Positions 38,354 to 50,760 of a stretch of DNA of 64,000 nt are shown in pieces. Position 1 is the first letter of the stretch; every line of letters starts with the position of its first letter. This DNA comes from Oopsacas minuta (lineage: Eukaryota > Animalia > Porifera). A program made the position numbers and the translations under genes. The stretch is from NCBI GenBank assembly GCA_024704765.1, contig JAKMXF010000316.1, positions 124,001 through 188,000 of the forward strand, given 5' to 3'. Under the pieces are notes generated by a model. The model was not told where the DNA came from. It made no database searches and saw nothing but the letters and a program-made list of their open reading frames with translations.

Positions 38354-40980
38354 CACTACGTAACACAATTTTTGTTTGGCTTCAATTTTTGATGTTCCCT
38401 TATGTTTTTTGCGTCGCTGAATTCAAAAATCGTGTTAGTTTTCCATATCATCAATGCTTTTTGACGTATTTACACTTTTTGCTTTTTCCGAACAAGTTGT
38501 GTTGTTCATTATATGCAAATTTACCTACAGCTCTTGTAATAGATTTAAACACGTAGTGATGTGTTGATAAGTTAATTTGAACATGAAAATCATTACCAAA
38601 CAGTACATTGCTGATTACAAGTCCTAAAGAAAACAAAACGCACTCATGTTAGAGAGTTAAAATACTTCAAAAATGAACTGTTGAACGAGCTTTTCTTTTG
38701 TGACCAGAAATGTCTTCCCTTATCAAAAACCACATGTAATCGCCCATCATTGCACTGTCCCAGCGGCCCTGATACCGTCTTTCCATTAGCTGAATATCTT
38801 GGTGAAATCTCTCGCCATGTTCCTCGCTGAAATCCCCCAAATTTTCTTGAAAGAAGTCAAGATGAGAGCATAGAAAATGAAGTTTCAACGACATGCGACA
38901 TCCCATCTTTTGGTAGCTTGTGATCAGAGTATTCACTATCTCTTCATAATTAGGATCTTTGTTATTTCCTAAAAAGCCATTAACTACATCACGAAATGCC
39001 TGCCATGCTTTTCTTTCTATTTCGGTCATTTTACCCTCCAGGGTTCTTGACTTTAACATGGTGGTTATTTGGGGGCCGACAAATATTCCTCCCTTTAGTT
39101 TAGCATCTGATAATTTTGGAAACATTGCACGGATTTCTTGAAAAGCTTCTCCTTCAAAATCCAAAGCTTTAACAAATTGCTTTACTAAACCTAGTTTTAT
39201 ATGAAGAGGTGGTAGTAAAACTTTTTCCCGGCATACAAGTGGCTCTTTGATAACATTGTACTTTCCTGGCATTAATTCTTTTCTTGGCGGCCATTGAATC
39301 TTCGAGTAGTGCTCTCCATCAGCTCTGCTGTTCCACAAACAAAGAAAACATGAGTATTTGGTGTAACCACCCTGCAGTCCCAACAAAAACCCCAACATCT
39401 TAAAATCACCACAGAGCTGCCAGTTAAATTCAGCATAGTTTATTTTAAGCAGTAGTTGCTTGACATTTTCATAGTCTTCTTTCATTTGTATTGAATAAGC
39501 AAGTGGAATTGACGGATATTTGTTCCCATTATGAAGTAAAACTCCTTTAATACTTTTGGTGGAACTGTCAATAAAAAGTCGCCACTGAGAAGGGTCATGT
39601 TCAATTCCAACAGCATCAAACAAACCATTCACATCTTTGCAATAGCACAGATCCTGTATTACATCAAAGTAAACAGAATAGTCCAAGTGCCTCTTCCTGT
39701 AAGCAGTTATTTTGCAATCATCACGCAGCAAATTCCACTCGCTTAATCTTGACGTCAATAGCTCTGCTGCAGATTTTGTTAGTTGCAGATCTCGTATTAA
39801 GTCATCTAATTCTCTCTTAGAAGGATAATGACGATCTGCACTTGTTGATTGGAGATACTCCTCCTCAGCATCCGAAGTTTCACTTGATATCGAGTCTTCA
39901 CATTCAGTATTAAACTCCAACTAAAATGACAAGAATAAAACACAAGATGCAGATTGTGGGTCACCCTTACAGCATATAAGCTAGCGTAGCCTTATATTAT
40001 AAAACATAAAACTACTTACATTTGCTGGTGGTTTTGGAACTGGTAAAGTTTCACTATGAGGAACAGGTGCAATGGATGAAGGTATACTTGGATAAGTCAG
40101 TGCTCTTCTTCCCTTAACCTTGCGGTACTTAGCAATATTTACCATACAAAAGTAACAATCATCATGATGGTTTTGTGGCTCTCTCCAAACTCTTGGAATA
40201 GCAAATGGCATAACTCTAGCGGAACCCCTCAACCAAGCTTCAAGATTAGATCGACAGCTGCCACAAATCACATGTGGGGCCCAGGCCTTTTCCTGATCCC
40301 CAATGGACATCCCAAAATACAGTCTATACGCTTCCCAATACTTAGCTTCTTTTGATATTTTATTTGAAACATGTTTGTCACCAACATAATATCCACAAAC
40401 ATAGCAAAATGAGTCAGGTGAATTCTTGCATTGTCTACTAGCCATTGCAATTTCTAAATTTGAAAAACACTAACTTAACGTAAGAACAACCAGCAAGTTA
40501 TTTCTGCCTCTCTGCTAAAGGCAGTTATACTTATGCTTATACTAGCTGCTGGTAGCTTATAGTATTAATATAAGTAAATACTTTCCAAGTGAAGGTACTG
40601 GATAGCAAATAAACTATACGCAAGAACGAAATTTCTAAGTTTTGCAATCCTACCCCACCCTGGAATTCTGATGCTGTTTAAGCTGTGCATTCGCAGACAC
40701 TTTAAGTGTCTCCCAGAGCTTAAAAAGACAAGAGACAGTGAAGGGAGTGTAAAATGTTTGTTATCTTTATTGTTATAGCACAAAAGATTTTGATTGTGAC
40801 GTACGTTTTTGCTGGGTTGGCTAAGCGTGTAACCTGCTCATATAAATAGGCTTCCTGAAAGCTAACGATCGATGATAGAAAAAAACTAATTGTATTTTCG
40901 GAATCAGCGCCTCAAAATTATCCATAAACAATCAAAATATCAAGCCAAACAAAGATTTCATAAAAATTTGTTACGTAGTG
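38354..40980 (-). mobile_element. Chapaev3-type element B, apparently intact (2627 bp)
   Basis: TTA TSD at 38351-53 and 40981-83. Termini CACTACGTAACA are identical for 12 bp, followed by about 100 bp of imperfect inverted repeat. Confidence 0.95.
38667..40445 (-). CDS. Chapaev3 transposase, 2 exons (40445-40020 and 39920-38667), 559 aa
   Basis: Exon 1 is 142 codons (MASRQCKNSPDSFCYVCG...PPAN) with donor GTAAGT at 40019. A 99-nt intron ends at acceptor ttttAG 39922-39921. Exon 2 is in frame (417 aa) with FIDSS, CGDFKM, LPPLHIKLG and EEHGERFHQDI. No internal stops. Confidence 0.92.
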
Positions 40981-43299
40981 TTATCTATCTCTTTAAGATA
41001 TTACAATTTATCTTCTGGAAAGATTTCTGAGAGATTTCTAATTTATACCAAAGTGAATGATACTACTTGTGATGGAATTGCTAAGTAATTAAGGGAACAC
41101 ACATTGTCACTTGATATGATTGTAGGGATTCGCTTTGACGGGGCTGCTAGCATGAGTGGAAACTTAAAGGTGCATAAGCAATTATGACAGCAGTTTCCAG
41201 CTGTATTTTATGCTCATTGTGCGTCTCATGCATTAAATCTTTCATTTTGTAATGCCTTAACTATCCCTGGTCTTAGAGAATGATTTGCGAATATTTATGA
41301 AGCCATAAATTTGCAGACATCAAAAGCTTTCAGAGCTAAAGATTAGTAATTATGTGAATTTTTGACTATAAATATTTGCGATAATAGTAACAATTATTCT
41401 TTTGATTTCCGTCCAGACAGTGTACCCAGAATAATATGGTATTACTCTTAAAAGAATATGTGAAACAAGATGGGACAAGAGGAAAGATGCAATTAGTGAT
41501 TTTCAGAGTGTACTTCTTGCTGTCATAACTGTATTAAAAGACATGACATAATATCCACCAACTGGAATAGCTGACCGCTAGACATGTCTTTGTGTCAATT
41601 CTCATGCATCTTTGCGTTGTTCTCCTAGAGAAGATTTCCAGTGTTTTGTTGCTTATAGGAAAAGAACTCCAAAACCCTGGAATGCACCTTCTTACCTGCT
41701 GTTAAATATTCGCCAAATACAAAGGATTGAGAGAGATTTATATTGAGACAATTTTGCGTAAGTATATGAGAATCCATCGGTTATATTTGATGGTTTGACG
41801 TAGGTACAACTGTGAACATTCCGTGGATGCTGTGGAGGTATGAAAATGATGCAAAGTCCATTATCGTGTTTCTGTGCTTATGTAGAGTTTATCTTTAATG
41901 AATTGAACATCAGATTCCTCCAACATCGACAAAAACATTTCAAAAATATTCAGGTAAACATAGTTTAGTAATCAACAAAGCTGTATATACTATTTTATGA
42001 AAGTATATCTCTCTTTTAGAAAATTTATCCTTTAGTGAAATTCATGTGGCCATAGAGCGGTATGATATCTTCCTCGATTTATGTTCTTCAGAGAACTTAA
42101 TTAAGAATCAGCTTAACCAGTGAAGAATAAATGATCAACAGTGGATATATGCGATCTACATGAAAATGCTGTAATTTCTTCCCAACATTGTAATCCTGTT
42201 TTTTCCCATCAGTTTATGTATAATACAGATATATGCAATAATTCCTGTGACAACTTCTAGTGTTGGGAGAAATTTTTCAAACTAGAAAAGAGTAAAACAA
42301 TGTTACGCAACACAATGAGGTAACTACAATTGAATGGTTTTTCTCTTTTAGCCATACCGAGAGATATGCTACCATCAATAGCATATGTGATTGATAGATT
42401 CGTTGTGAAATCATAAAAACTTATATTGAATATTTTATGAGGTAAAAGGAAATTATTTCATAAGAGTAGACTGATGATTACCACTTGTGTATGAATTTCA
42501 ATACTAAGCCGAATATGCCAGGAGTGTTAAGATCGTAACAACTCGCCAGTGGCCAGCTTGTGTTAGAATATCTCTACATTCCAGCCAAAATTCGCGTGAT
42601 TTGAAGGTTCATTTTGAAAATTTGCCAAAAGTCGCGACATAAACAAATTAATAGCATTATTGGATTCTGACAGGTAGTACTTATGAGCCTCCAGTGTCGC
42701 CAACATTAGCTATGTAACTGAAAATTAACAGCATACTACATCCTGGCTACGGGCCACTTTATCCCTATGCCCCCTATAGCTACGCCACTGAAGTTTGGTT
42801 ATCAAAGTATTTTATTGCCTGACATAACCTCCCCAAACAACACAATTCCAATTTTCAGATCTATAACCATGATAAACTTCATTTTTCGCCAATTGGGAGA
42901 TAATCGGACTACAAGCACAAAATTCCCCACTCAGTGCCGGCGCAAGCATGGATCTAGATCGGTCTACGCCTCATCAAAGATTCTGCCAGTCCAATCTCTC
43001 AGCTCCATCAGCAAAGGATTGGTGTGGGACTTGTATCCAGGGATGTAGTGTTCAGATTTCTAGTGGAAGAGCGCTTATAAATAATATATTACGCAAAAAT
43101 TGGTAGAACATGGTTATCTTTCTATCAACGAAACATGTTGTAATCAACATTACGAGGACTATAAAGTAGGATTGTTACCAAATAATGTTGTCTTTCTTCG
43201 GTGCTGATCTCACAGTGGACTCCGCAATCCAAACTTGTCTAAAGTTTCGATAAAAATAATTGTCTAAACCCTCAGTATTGAATTCTAGGTCACTTGACT

Positions 43300-43600
43300 A
43301 CTTTTGCCACATCCCTGAGTGAGTTGAAAATAATGAAATAATCTTTTATGGAATTTCACATGACCGTAGGTATAGAGGCCATTAATTATTGAGAGACAGT
43401 ATGACAAAGCCCAATTGCACCGTTGTTATAATAGTCCAGAATATGCTAAATGCCACACTGTTGATTGAATCACTTAACCAAAACAGTGCAGTGCGATGTA
43501 AAATATTTCCCAAGTGAGGGCCAACACGTTTAATCCGCTTAATTAGTTGGAAATGGCCTGGTGCCGATGTTACCCTATTAAACGTACTTGACTAAAATAT
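43300..43600 (-). mobile_element. Possible Gypsy-like integrase relic
   Basis: With several stops, the minus strand reads FTSHC...QQCGI*HILDYYNNGAIGLCHTVSQ*LMA, reminiscent of the rve core motif GI.H.....Y....NG..ER.H.T. Confidence 0.3.
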
Positions 43601-44429
43601 AAACGAAGGGCAATTGCAGGAAACTTAATCTACCTTTATTATGATAAAATAACAATAACCAGGTTAAACTCTGGGAACGCCGCTCCCTCCGCTCCCGCTA
43701 CATTACACTCCTGCTTGTATCTAATCAGGGTTGCACCATCAAATATGAAACTAAGGAATTAGTTCATTGTGGAATTATTTATCAATATTCATGGATTAAT
43801 AGAATGTCGCCAATTGTTGAGTTACACATTGTTAATTCATAATCATGGTACATTAGTTAAATCAATGTTATCATAATCATATCTAAATTTGCTTTTGTTT
43901 TTATGAAGATACATTGAATATATTCAAATCTCATGCTAATGATTGTATACCTACAAGAAAACTTGCTCTAAATAACAACACAGGGATAACGCAAACGCTG
44001 ATTCCGTATTTCGCATCTCAAGTTTGTCATATACATGCAACTTTGGATATGAATCTTTTTTATTAATCAATTTGTGTTGCGAAGTGCCGGGAACACGCGG
44101 GCAGGTGATGCTCGCAAGCCGCATAGCTCAAGCAAGCGACGCCCGCTCGGACTTTGAATATTGATTATGATTAATGCTCCTATATTGCCAATATCTAGAT
44201 TTCAAATGGAAAATTTGCCAAACTTCGTTATGATCATTAATACATATCAGAAATGCAAGCTAGGTCAGCCCGATAAAGATAAAATCGCCCATTTTTTGCC
44301 CATCAGGATTAATGGGCTTTCGCCGCCACTGTCAGCACTATTTCAAAATACTATTGCGGTACCACTAATTCATTTTGGATCCCATTCAAATTCGATGTAG
44401 TGAACCAATACCACATAAGGAACTTAAAA

Positions 44430-47250
44430 TGTAATAATCGACTAATCATACTTTGAATCAGGAGTTATTACCTTTCTACTTTACAACTATTATCTCAGCT
44501 TCGATTATTCTGCTTAAGGAGGATTGTCTGACTAAATGCCTTGTTCCATTGCAATGACCATTTTCTGGGTCGATATTACGGAGAGGTATTTCAGTAGTGC
44601 TCCATTTGCATGTAGTTCATGCTGTGGTAGATACTTATAGAAGTTTATGTCCTGAGGGGTATACAGTGTTATGATCTTCATTGGATACCGTATCCATACT
44701 TTTAAAGATTTCATCATTTCCCGGAAATATATTAAGAACTAGTTTGTCCTTATCGTCCTTACATTCATTGTTGGACTGAGGATGCCTGGAGCAGCCAACC
44801 AATTCGGATCCGTGTGATTACAGGTAGTTTATGTCCACAATACATGTATTGGATAAGTACCCCCTGATTGTTTCTATTCACCACTATACTTGCTGGAATC
44901 TGTATAACATCTGGACTTTTCTCCTCAATTATGTCAATCTTACCTCTCTAAATTTCAAGAGTCAAGTAGCATATTCTCTCAGCCGTTCACCTTCTCCGAT
45001 TGCACCAGTTTCAGCTTCTTGGTGACATTGCATACTTGTTGTGAGATGCATTGGAGCATAATGGGCCCTTTAAGAAATTAAATAGACTCTCATTGACGAT
45101 ATCAGGTGGTCGTCCTCTTCGAAATACCTGTGAAATGATCATTCTTCATGATGTCCTATGGACTCCAAATCGAAAGCTAGAGATTTCGTTCCCTCATCAT
45201 TAGTGCTTCATCTCATATGGCGACTTTAGAAAATTTGATTACTTGACGGTTGATCGCAGGATCTATAGGTCCAACATTCCAAACGGAATCGTCAGATACC
45301 TGTTTTGGTAACTTGAGTGTCGAATTAGCCATCCTACCTTCTATAAGTAGGCTTGCAGCTATACCTGAAGATGCTACACCGACAACTAAATCTCCTTTTG
45401 CTCTAACATATGCTACAGAAGATTGAGAATATATTTCTTACTTGTGTCCTCCTGTCTTCAAGAAATAACATTCCACCTTTCCTAGAATCAATGATGAGCT
45501 TAATGGCTTTGAACTCAATTCGTTGTTCTGGAGTTAATGAAAAACTTTATATCAACCATAATTTGTTTCTTACGCTGATTGGGGTATGTGAATATATGCA
45601 CTAGATTCAAATAAGGTCCTTGAATTCCGAAGTCAAGCAATATTGTTGGATCCACTGAGGATGTGTGGATGTCAATCAAGACACATTTTATTCTTTTTCT
45701 TCTACATGGTTAATATTGATAACTGTTGCACGATGTATACAATCTGCTGCCATCTCATTTTATCTGCTTGAAAACCAAACAGGAAGCTCTGAAGGTTGAC
45801 AAAAGAATAATATTATTGCAAATTGTTTCCAGAGTTTTTCTGAAATTTTCTAAATACCTGCGTCACTCATGCACCGAACCCGTTCTGAATTGTCAGCAAG
45901 GAGCATTCTTTCGATGCATGCTTCTTTGTAGGTATCACATACATACCCGTCCACTTTCCGAATTGCCTCAAAAGATGTTCTTACGCTAACGTGGTTCAGA
46001 ATATTCCGCAAAGGGTATACCTCACCTTGACCTGGATGGATAATCCATACTCGGACGATTTGTTTTTAGTCTCATTGTCAACTTTTCCTTTTTTGTTTTC
46101 TGTCTTACCCACGTGTAGTGTTCTGGAAAACTGAAGTATGATATATCAGCAGCTTTTTGATTATCTTTACTTTCTAAAAGTAAAAGACCTACAACTCCAT
46201 GGTTAGTTTCCCCTACCTCAAACCTCACAATTTGTGGATCTTTATACATCATAGCAAGAGTTCTCGCATTTTTGATCTTTCATGCATCTCAAAATTGTTA
46301 ATGAGTCACGAAGCTTCCATTGCTCCGATATGTATCGCGCTCAGATAATGACCTGGTTCAATCGACTCTGTTAGTCCATTATTTAGAAAAACGACTTCAT
46401 ATCTATTTTAATTGAAGCTAACATTTGCCCTGTCATAAACTTGAAATATATTCTTATAAAGGTACTTGACTACTTTATCGAAGAACAAGATTCACATTTT
46501 ATATGGACATGGCATCATATCTTGATTTTGGCAATGGATTATGTGATACGACAAAACTATTGTGTATTTCTACTTCTATCATTTTTCTTTTCTACATATT
46601 ATAGTAAGGGCAATAAATCCCCCATTTGTAGATGATGTCCGTCTATAGGTAGTATAATTATCATCTCGAATAATAGTTTGTTCAAAATTTCCATAGGAAT
46701 TTCTGACAGCATCTATTGGGTTCGCCTATGCATGTAGAGTGTGGATTCAAATCAAGAACGATGTGTTATGCACCACTCTACTATTTCACATAGTCGAGGA
46801 GGCGAAACTGGATCAGGAAATGCCATTATCGTTGTCAAGGAGGGACAAAATTTGACAGTGAGGGGCACGCCTTTGGAATTCTATCTTATAAACATATCTT
46901 TGTACATGTCCGATTATATTTCTTCCCTAAAATCCTTAAGGAGCTGTGCTTTCTTCACTTTGAATACTCTTGATACTTTATCTCGGCTATCTTTTGCATT
47001 CTGTCCGGGCTTTAATTCCAGAGCTCTCTCATTCCATTCTGGATCGCATCTAATTGTAATGAGGAGGGTGCAGTTAATTATAACGCTTTCATTTCACCTT
47101 GGTATCTTCCTCAAAATTCCTGCAGTAAATTGAGCGGTTGTGAAGGTGATTTTAAATCAATTGTAGTTGAAAGCCTAAGGTCTTCATAACGGCGCTTTTC
47201 ACTGAAATGACGAAACTAACAGTAATTGTAGGACAGTTTTGAGCAAATCT
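44430..47250 (-). mobile_element. Decayed Helitron RepHel (HUH Rep plus PIF1 helicase)
   Basis: Colinear minus-strand remnants: ELKPGQNAKDSRDKVSRVFKVK and YKIEFQRR (Rep), ILNHV...TSFEAIRKVDG...TYKEACIER, VASSGIAASLL, DEALMM, ILSPT, and LRNIDPENGHCNGTR. Many stops and frameshifts. Confidence 0.9.
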
Positions 47251-47629
47251 GGGGTGGTCTTGAGATATCTAGAAGTAAAGAGGCAAAATATCTTCATAAA
47301 TAAGCGAACATGATTTATACTTAATGGGTTTATTGGGATTGAGATTAAACTAAATACTTATCACAACAGGTACATTTGAATGATACAATAACAAATGCAT
47401 GTTTGAGTAAACAGTTGTAATAATTGGTTCTGCTGATACATTACTTGGATGGAGTTTCTAATTGTCGCACCCTTTATTATTAATGTATATAATGTATATT
47501 CAAGGGTAAAAATGAAGCAGTTGAATGAGTCCATCAATTATACACTACAAGCAAGCTTCGCTTACTTTCATTGCGCTGCCAGCGAACACTTCGTATATGC
47601 AGCGTGCTCTTGTATTCTTATTGAAAACC

Positions 47630-47790
47630 GGGTCCCTTTTTAACTTTTCGTAACGCAAATTCCATACATTTTGACGCCCCCTGCCTGTGTCACCCTTTTT
47701 CACCGTTTTGTAATACAAAAATAATCTGGCTGTTACACTTCGCATACCATCCCTTCCCCTTGTAGCGTTACGTAGCGTTTGAACAACTCT
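47630..47790. mobile_element. Possible PIF/Harbinger-type MITE
   Basis: Left GGGTCCCTTTTAACTTTTCGTAACGC versus right rc GAGTTGTTCAAACGCTACGTAACGC share ...CGTAACGC. Degenerate; no clear TSD. Confidence 0.3.
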
Positions 47791-47827
47791 ATTTTTATAG
47801 TATAGATATAGAGTATAGAAGTATATA

Positions 47828-47979
47828 CAGTCGACTCCGGTTAATCGGACCATTTTCTCCTGGACGGAATCTAATCTAATCCAGGATTAATATTTAACAT
47901 TTTTCGGTTAATCGGACACTCCGGATAATCTGACCACTTTACTCTGGACAAAAGTGGTCCGATTAACCGGAGTCGACTG
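47828..47979. mobile_element. pogo/Tigger-type MITE, 152 bp
   Basis: Perfect 25-bp TIR CAGTCGACTCCGGTTAATCGGACCA with TA TSD. The GGTTAATCGGAC motif is repeated internally. Confidence 0.92.
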
Positions 47980-48794
47980 TATAAACCATTAAAACCACTC
48001 AAAGTAGAGGTTCTATAGACTACATTAATCATACATTCTACTTTATTAATTACGTAGAATTTTGTTTGAGAGTAAATATATACCTCGATTTCACGTTTTC
48101 TTTGGCTAATATTCGCCATTTTGACTATTTTAAACGTTAATATATTTATTTAACATGCTTAGATGTATATTCCAGTAACATTTCATTTAATAACCGCGGT
48201 GTAGTAATTAAAAGATTTAGTTTTCGATGGATTTCTACTTAATGTTAAAAATAGTATTGAAATTCTTTGGTCAATATATTAACAATAATAAACATAGTAC
48301 ATATTGTAACCGTTGGCATTTGATTAAAATACAAAATATATTTATTGGTATAGTACATATCGACCAAAATATAATAGGGTAACATTGGCTCATTATTGCG
48401 TAAATTTACATTCACAACATAGTTGCATGTTTTACAAATTTGATTTTGAAAAGTTTTGCGCTATTGGAACTATTGAATAATTTTTTGCATCCTAATTGAA
48501 CTGGGTTGAAGCCAAATATTCCTACAATTGGTAAACCCTCGAATCTGATATGTCAATACATTTTAACATATATCTTAGAGAGTTGGGGTGTCGCTTAGAC
48601 CTAATAACTTGTTCCTAGCAGTAGCGCCCAAGTTCCGAAAATGTCGGGATGGGGACTTACTTGATTTGAGCTCCTATTCAACAAAACATTTAATAGATTC
48701 TCATTGAATTGTTTAAATGGACACAACTATGTTCATTAAAACCGTTAAGTTGTCTTGGGTATTTTTCATTGTATTTTCATGTATGATATATTGG

Positions 48795-49360
48795 CAGGGC
48801 GATCAGATGTCTTCGTTATAAAAAAAAGGACACTTTTCTATGTTATACAGTGTATACGTAAATCACTGAACATTGAACGATAACAGTATATAATAATCTA
48901 TGAAATTTGATTTTAGATCAATAGAGGAGGGAAATAAAACAGAATTAGTAATATTTTTCATTTGAGCTAATCTTCTTTAACACAGCTTGGTTATTAAGTA
49001 ATTTCGTGGGCATTTCCTTGCAATTCAAATTGAAATTTGTCAAAACTTTAGGGATAGAACCAACAGTAGTAACATCTAACCTGTTTCGTTCATCGCTCCA
49101 TTGAACCTTAGATAAACTGAAACTCACTCACAAGAAGCGTTCGATGCAGGAATAGCAAAAATAGTAAACACCAATTTCTTATGCAGAAAGGTCTATCCTT
49201 TGTTATGGTAACCCAACGCTGATCGAGACTTATTGATTCGAATGATGACATAGACAATTCCGGAATGATTCGTTGAAGACAACATACTTCATCAAATAAA
49301 TCGTCATTAAAAGCTATTTCTGGCCACAAGAATTCAGCAGATTGTCTTAACATTGAGTAA
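48795..49360 (-). mobile_element. hAT-like element, 3' end fragment
   Basis: End CAGGGCGATCAGATGTC at 48795. The minus strand reads IFAIPASNASC.*..SLSKVQWSDERNRL (dimerisation domain). Confidence 0.7.
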
Positions 49361-49399
49361 TTAATTAACTCAAGATTTTCGAATAATAACCAATCGAAA

Positions 49400-49850
49400 T
49401 TCTGTGGTAATCTATCCAGATGTAGCTACTAATCGAGATATTCTAATGAAATTTGATAGAATGCCAAGCATTCGGATTTTTGCACTAGCTCATTTGCACT
49501 AGCTTCTCTCTCAGCTAGGGTACGAAGCATAGGGTCAGTTACGGCCATTCCTCGATCTCGTGCTAATTTCAGGAATTCAATAACAGCAGTCTCGATATCT
49601 TCATACATGGGAACAACAACAGAGTGCTTTCTTTTCCTGATGTTCTCAGGGTTTCACCTGTTTCGTCTATATGTAACTGAATGGCCACGCGATTGGATTT
49701 GATACGGTTAATTGTTCCTTTACCCACATTGAAGAATTCAGCCACTATACGCTCACTCTTGCCATCATCCAACATCCTAAGAGCATTGTGTCGTTGTTCG
49801 ATGGTTAGGGCAGACTTGTGTGAAGATTTGATAGTAGACATGTAGTTTTT
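49400..49850 (-). mobile_element. pogo/Tigger transposase N-terminal relic (psq-type HTH plus CENP-B HTH)
   Basis: MSTIKSSHKSALTIEQRHNALRMLDDGKSERIVAEFFNVGKGTINRIK, followed downstream by RDRGMAVTDPMLRTLA. Confidence 0.75.
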
Positions 49851-49959
49851 ATAGTAAAAAGGAAAACTAAGTAATTAATATAATTTGGTTGTTCTCTGTT
49901 CAACGGTTTGTTGTCCAGAATTGATTGGCTACAATTTATACAGCTTAGTGCATCCTAAG

Positions 49960-50760
49960 GGCTGGTACAATGAAGACTAAGGGCGCAGATACAATGGAAA
50001 CAAGGCGCCCCGGTTTGGGAGAGAAATTTGGGTGGGAAAAACCAAAATTGATGGAAGGTGCCCCGGTTTGCGAGCTTCTACTGTACCTACAGATTGATCA
50101 ACCACGGTACGGAGAGGCCATGTAGTGACGCGACGCCGTGGGCAGATAATCGAAATGGAGTTCGATGCCAGTCTGATAGTTGCTGCATACAACAATCTCA
50201 ACGAAAAGATCCACAGTGAGCTTTGCAGAGCATTCTCGTGCGGTACCCCAGTGAAGAATTGACTGTACTGCAGGGAATTGAAGAGGCGTTGTGCACACCT
50301 GGGCGACCGCAGCGATTAGTGCCGTTTTTGAGCGTTACAAGGATGACCTCTCGGATGGCCTCGCCAGATACATCTTTGGCTATCAGATCACGACTCTGCA
50401 TAACATGGTGGCCATCGCCCGCATTGACATTGCCAAGCTGTCGGCAAAAGTCTCGCTGTTGTCTATGGTTCCAAGGATGCGCTAGCTGTCATGATGAAGG
50501 ATGCTCATACAATGCTTCGTATCTGCCTCGTGGATCCGGCGACTACGTGGGGCCCAGAACGTTCTTTCTTCGCCCTCAAGCGAATTGAGATCTATCTTCC
50601 CACTACCATTACTGAGGTGAAACTGAACCCCTGCGCAACTCTGCACATTTGCGAGGCCATGTGCAACACCATCAACATGCAAAAAGCAGTGGACACCTTC
50701 ATTATCTGATCGACGGCCAGGCGCAATCAATTCGAGGCCCCAGAACCGACAAGTAAATAC
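49960..50760 (+). mobile_element. GC-rich hAT transposase C-terminal fragment
   Basis: MLRICLVDPATTWGPERSFFALKRIEIYLPTTITEVKLNPCATLHI matches the hAT dimerisation domain. Visibly much richer in G+C than its flanks. Confidence 0.75.

Larger units (their letters stand above)
32250..42790 (+). mobile_element. Decayed hAT (THAP12/PRKRIR-ZMYM-like) element split into three pieces by later insertions
   Basis: Removing 32642-37700 rejoins the frame CVIF...TAVYTKYKDALEDFR...YH. Removing 38354-40980 rejoins ETVDIPNIEQL|SISLRYY. Later motifs are FDGAASMSG, AHCASHALNL and IPVTTSSVGRNFS. The right end reads rc CAGTGGCGTAGCTATAGGGG at 42790. The left boundary is approximate. Confidence 0.8.

Noticed and set aside
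29190-47250. Idea that the two Helitron pieces are one element split by 15 kb of insertions
   Set aside because: They overlap in protein coordinates (both include the NGTR...IEA.I region), so they are separate copies.
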